A program made the translations under genes and the position numbers. From a virus (Duplodnaviria; Heunggongvirae; Uroviricota; Caudoviricetes), in the IMG/VR virus record IMGVR_UViG_3300038499_000012, positions 64,001-120,760 of that record: DNA of 56,760 bases; one strand, written 5' to 3'. The notes under the pieces were generated by a model. That model worked only from the letters and a program-made list of their open reading frames with translations, searched no databases and was not told the DNA's origin. Shown here piece by piece: positions 54,333 to 56,760 of this stretch (its first letter is position 1; each line of letters opens with the position of its first letter).

Positions 54333-54925
54333 TTACGCTTCATCTCCGCCTGAGCCATCCGCCGGTCTGCCTCGTCGATTTCCCGCTCTACCTGGCGGGC
54401 CTGCTTATCAACTTCGGTCATGTCAGTATCTTCTGTTTCTTTAACCACTTTCATTCCGGAAGGTCCAGACTTTTCCTGTTCGGGTACCGTGGTAAGATTG
54501 AAATGCTCAAACTTCACACTGGTATTGACCTTATGTTCGAGCTCATTCTGCATATCACTGAAAGCCAAAAACAAAACGTCCTTCAGTACCGTAGGCCATC
54601 CTTCTATCTGTTCCAATAGGAATAGATATTTAGTCATAGTCTTGGGCTGCCCATCATCATCGGAATACTCAACCTCATTCGAAGATAGGTCTATGTCGTT
54701 TATCTTCCTAATAGAGATAGCTAAAGTATTCTTCTTCAGGGCATCCAAATACTCCGCGCCTTCCGCAGGCTTACAGGCTTCCATGATTTTAAGTTCATCC
54801 GCGGAAGTAGGGGATTCCATTTCAATATGAAGATTGAAGTCAGGGAAATCAACGGTCTTTTTCACCGTGAAATCTTTTTTGATCTGACCAAAAATGTCTC
54901 TGAGTTTGGAATTGATGTTCATCAA
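54329..54925 (-). CDS. Tail assembly chaperone-like protein 1
   Basis: Directly after the tube gene. ESPTSADELKI...LKKNTLAISIRKIND...WPTVLKDVLF. Confidence 0.55.
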   Translation of the reverse strand: MMNINSKLRDIFGQIKKDFTVKKTVDFPDFNLHIEMESPTSADELKIMEACKPAEGAEYLDALKKNTLAISIRKINDIDLSSNEVEYSDDDGQPKTMTKYLFLLEQIEGWPTVLKDVLFLAFSDMQNELEHKVNTSVKFEHFNLTTVPEQEKSGPSGMKVVKETEDTDMTEVDKQARQVEREIDEADRRMAQAEMKRK

Positions 54926-55086
54926 AACATCCTTTCAAAAATGTTATGCGAATCTACAAAAGGCAGGTCGAAACCAAAAGAGGTATGAACAAGGGGAAGA
55001 AGTGAGGGATATGATCTTATTTTATTCGGAAAAATATTATCTGTTATATGTATTTTATTCTATTCGGGATCCCTTGATACCTCAAC

Positions 55087-55773
55087 TTAAGACTGTGTCT
55101 TCAGTCTGACCGACCTATTGGTCTGCGTGTCGAGTATCGAGTAAGGCTCAGCACCTGTGTAAGTCACGTTCGTGCTGGACAGGATATCGGAGACGTTGAT
55201 CGTCACCGTTTCCTGAACCAAAGCCGTATCCGACGCGTACGAGACGGAATAGTCAGAAATCCAACATGCCTCGTAAATAGTCAAAAGAGCCTGTGCATTC
55301 GCGGCATTCTCACTGGTCCCTTCCTTATCATCCTGCTGGAAAGGAGTAGTTACCTTAGTCGCAAGATTTGCCGTATTTGAATAGGTCTCTTTGGCAAGCG
55401 CACTAAAAACAACTTCCTGCATGATATCAAACGGCCACCTATGATGCCTGAGTGACCGCACGATACCATCTACACCAGCCTTATATCCAAACACCTGATA
55501 AATGTTCGAAAGATACAAGGCACTCCTAGTAACGGAAATCGTCATCGGGTCCGTCACACCAGGCACCAGCTCAGCTATGTGATCTCCAAAACCGATCCCA
55601 CGAATAGGTTCAATCGTACGTGCTTCAGAAGGATCAAAAGTCGCAATGACTCCAATTTGTGTTTTGGTCCCTTGAGCATTGTACGCGAAAACTCGGTTTT
55701 TGGAACTTATAACTGAGAGGGTATTCGGCGAGACACCCTTTCTGAAGATGTAGCTATCATAGTCTCGGGCCAT
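55087..55773 (-). CDS. Major tail tube protein
   Basis: QIGVIATFDPSEARTIEPIRGIG, ISVTRSALY, WPFDIMQE, TIYEACWISDYSVSY, VQETVTINV. Strong AGGAGG RBS and canonical gene order. Confidence 0.78.
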   Translation of the reverse strand: MARDYDSYIFRKGVSPNTLSVISSKNRVFAYNAQGTKTQIGVIATFDPSEARTIEPIRGIGFGDHIAELVPGVTDPMTISVTRSALYLSNIYQVFGYKAGVDGIVRSLRHHRWPFDIMQEVVFSALAKETYSNTANLATKVTTPFQQDDKEGTSENAANAQALLTIYEACWISDYSVSYASDTALVQETVTINVSDILSSTNVTYTGAEPYSILDTQTNRSVRLKTQS

Positions 55774-55796
55774 TAGTCCCTCCTAGAGTTATATCG

Positions 55797-55824
55797 AAAA
55801 CGCCGGGCTTACGAAGGCCCGGCG
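55797..55824 (-). terminator. Intrinsic terminator-like hairpin before the tube gene
   Basis: CGCCGGGC-CTTCGTAA-GCCCGGCG followed by TTTT. Confidence 0.6.
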
Positions 55825-55832
55825 ATGGCTAC

Positions 55833-56760
55833 TTATCTGAACAATGAGTTCAGCTTGTCTTTCTCATCCGCAGTCATCTCAATGGCATCATACAGACTTC
55901 CCAGAGCCCTGGTGTCCTCTGCACTGAAAACAGCTTCCTCTGCAGTCTGCATAGGATTTGTGAGTTCAATGCCGTCAAAACTGAGAACCGGATTCTTCTC
56001 TTCCGGCTTTTCTTCCTCAGGATCCTTCTTCTCAGCAGTCAACATACTGGTGTCAACGACCTTGGATTCCTTAGGCTTATCGGCCGGCTTCTCTTCCTCA
56101 ACAGGAACCTTTTTCTCTTCCTCAACAGGTGCCTGCTCTTCTGCGGCCAACTTGAGACCAAGCATTTTCATGATCTGATTCTTGAGAGTTCCCTCTTCAA
56201 TAAAATCATTGAGGTACTTCTGAAGTCTCTTAGGATCACCCTTTACCGCCCCACCACCACCAGAAGGTGACGGCCTCAGCTGTGTCTTTGGACCCAACAT
56301 AGGAGCTCCTATTTCCACAGCCTTTTTCTTGGCCTCTTCCTTAGCCTGCTCCTTAGATGTTTCCTCTGCCTCTTCCTGCAAAGACTCAGGCTCTGCGTGT
56401 GCCGCCGTAAACTCAATACCCTTCACGTCAGCAACAATTGCCCGAGCAACCGCATCAGAAGCTTCCTTGGTCCAGAAATCATTGACTTCCACCGAAGCTT
56501 CTATGGGTTTTTCTTCCTCAACAGGCTTTTTGGCCTCTTCCTCAGCAGGCTTCTCGGCCTCTTCCTCTACAGGAGGAGCCACATGGTCCCCAGCATCATC
56601 CGCCTTCTTCTCCTTCTTCCAGGCCTTCGCAGCATCACCAATACCCTTGCCGGGATTGGACTTCAGCCACTTCTTAACAAACTTCGTATAATCAGATGCC
56701 GCCGTCTTCTCGAGTTCTGAAAAGTCCTCAGGGGCATTCTCAGCCGTCCGAGCCGACAAC
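55833..56760 (-). CDS. Acidic low-complexity protein, probable head-internal/scaffold-like (5' end outside the window)
   Basis: E/K/A/P-rich, with repeats such as PVEEEAEKPAEEEAKKPVEEEK. The track start is a TTG at the window edge. Confidence 0.6.
   Translation of the reverse strand, partial: LSARTAENAPEDFSELEKTAASDYTKFVKKWLKSNPGKGIGDAAKAWKKEKKADDAGDHVAPPVEEEAEKPAEEEAKKPVEEEKPIEASVEVNDFWTKEASDAVARAIVADVKGIEFTAAHAEPESLQEEAEETSKEQAKEEAKKKAVEIGAPMLGPKTQLRPSPSGGGGAVKGDPKRLQKYLNDFIEEGTLKNQIMKMLGLKLAAEEQAPVEEEKKVPVEEEKPADKPKESKVVDTSMLTAEKKDPEEEKPEEKNPVLSFDGIELTNPMQTAEEAVFSAEDTRALGSLYDAIEMTADEKDKLNSLFR

Noticed and set aside
54320-54400. Programmed -1 frameshift fusing the two tail chaperones (lambda G/GT style)
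   Set aside because: No X XXY YYZ slippery site was seen, and the downstream frame has a TAA immediately before its ATG (GCG TAA ATG), which blocks any fusion.
16463-56760. Extracellular contractile injection system or tailocin rather than a phage
   Set aside because: It is contiguous with PolA, DnaB, SNF2, a sigma factor, tRNAs and an RNA ligase, and has a full-length tape measure, which all point to a phage genome.
1-56760. Stop-codon reassignment (alternative genetic code)
   Set aside because: Code 11 gives long, tightly coupled ORFs ending in TAA, TAG and TGA, and none of the tRNAs is a suppressor.
1-56760. CRISPR array or diversity-generating retroelement
   Set aside because: No regularly spaced direct repeats, no reverse transcriptase and no TR/VR pair were seen by eye. 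A self-dot-plot would be the definitive test.

Overview
This window is a segment of a large tailed dsDNA phage, inferred to be a myovirus (gp25-like and baseplate J-like wedge genes, hub, spike, tube, tape measure). Essentially all genes are on the minus strand. In transcription order (right to left): a partial acidic head-associated protein, tail tube, two tail chaperones, tape measure, two tube-initiator paralogues, hub, spike, and baseplate wedge / tail-appendage proteins (16.5-56.8 kb); a replication block (SNF2 helicase, P-loop-less DnaC-like protein, DnaB, stand-alone CHC2 zinc finger, family A DNA polymerase; 9.4-16.3 kb); a sigma-like factor, zinc-ribbon protein, GT2 glycosyltransferase, DUF2997-like/DUF1257-like/Ycf46-like AAA (with intein) and vWA module (2.5-9 kb); then small ORFs, three tRNA genes and a DRB0094-family RNA ligase. 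The best candidate for an undescribed system is at 1273-1650. A sigma70-type promoter starts an apparently leaderless 14-codon peptide (MNTRRNPQPQPGVI) whose codons CCC-CAA-CCG are the cognate codons of the three downstream tRNAs (Pro-GGG, Gln-UUG, Pro-CGG). It is followed by mutually exclusive 1:2, 2:3 and 3:4 (terminator) helices. This is the layout of a ribosome-mediated transcription attenuator that would switch on a phage tRNA + RNA ligase operon when those tRNAs are depleted. Also notable: a 188-bp non-autonomous IS200/IS605 element whose right end supplies the polA stop codon, and an Ala-start class-3-type intein in the AAA Walker A motif. All family assignments come from manual motif recognition; no database search was run.
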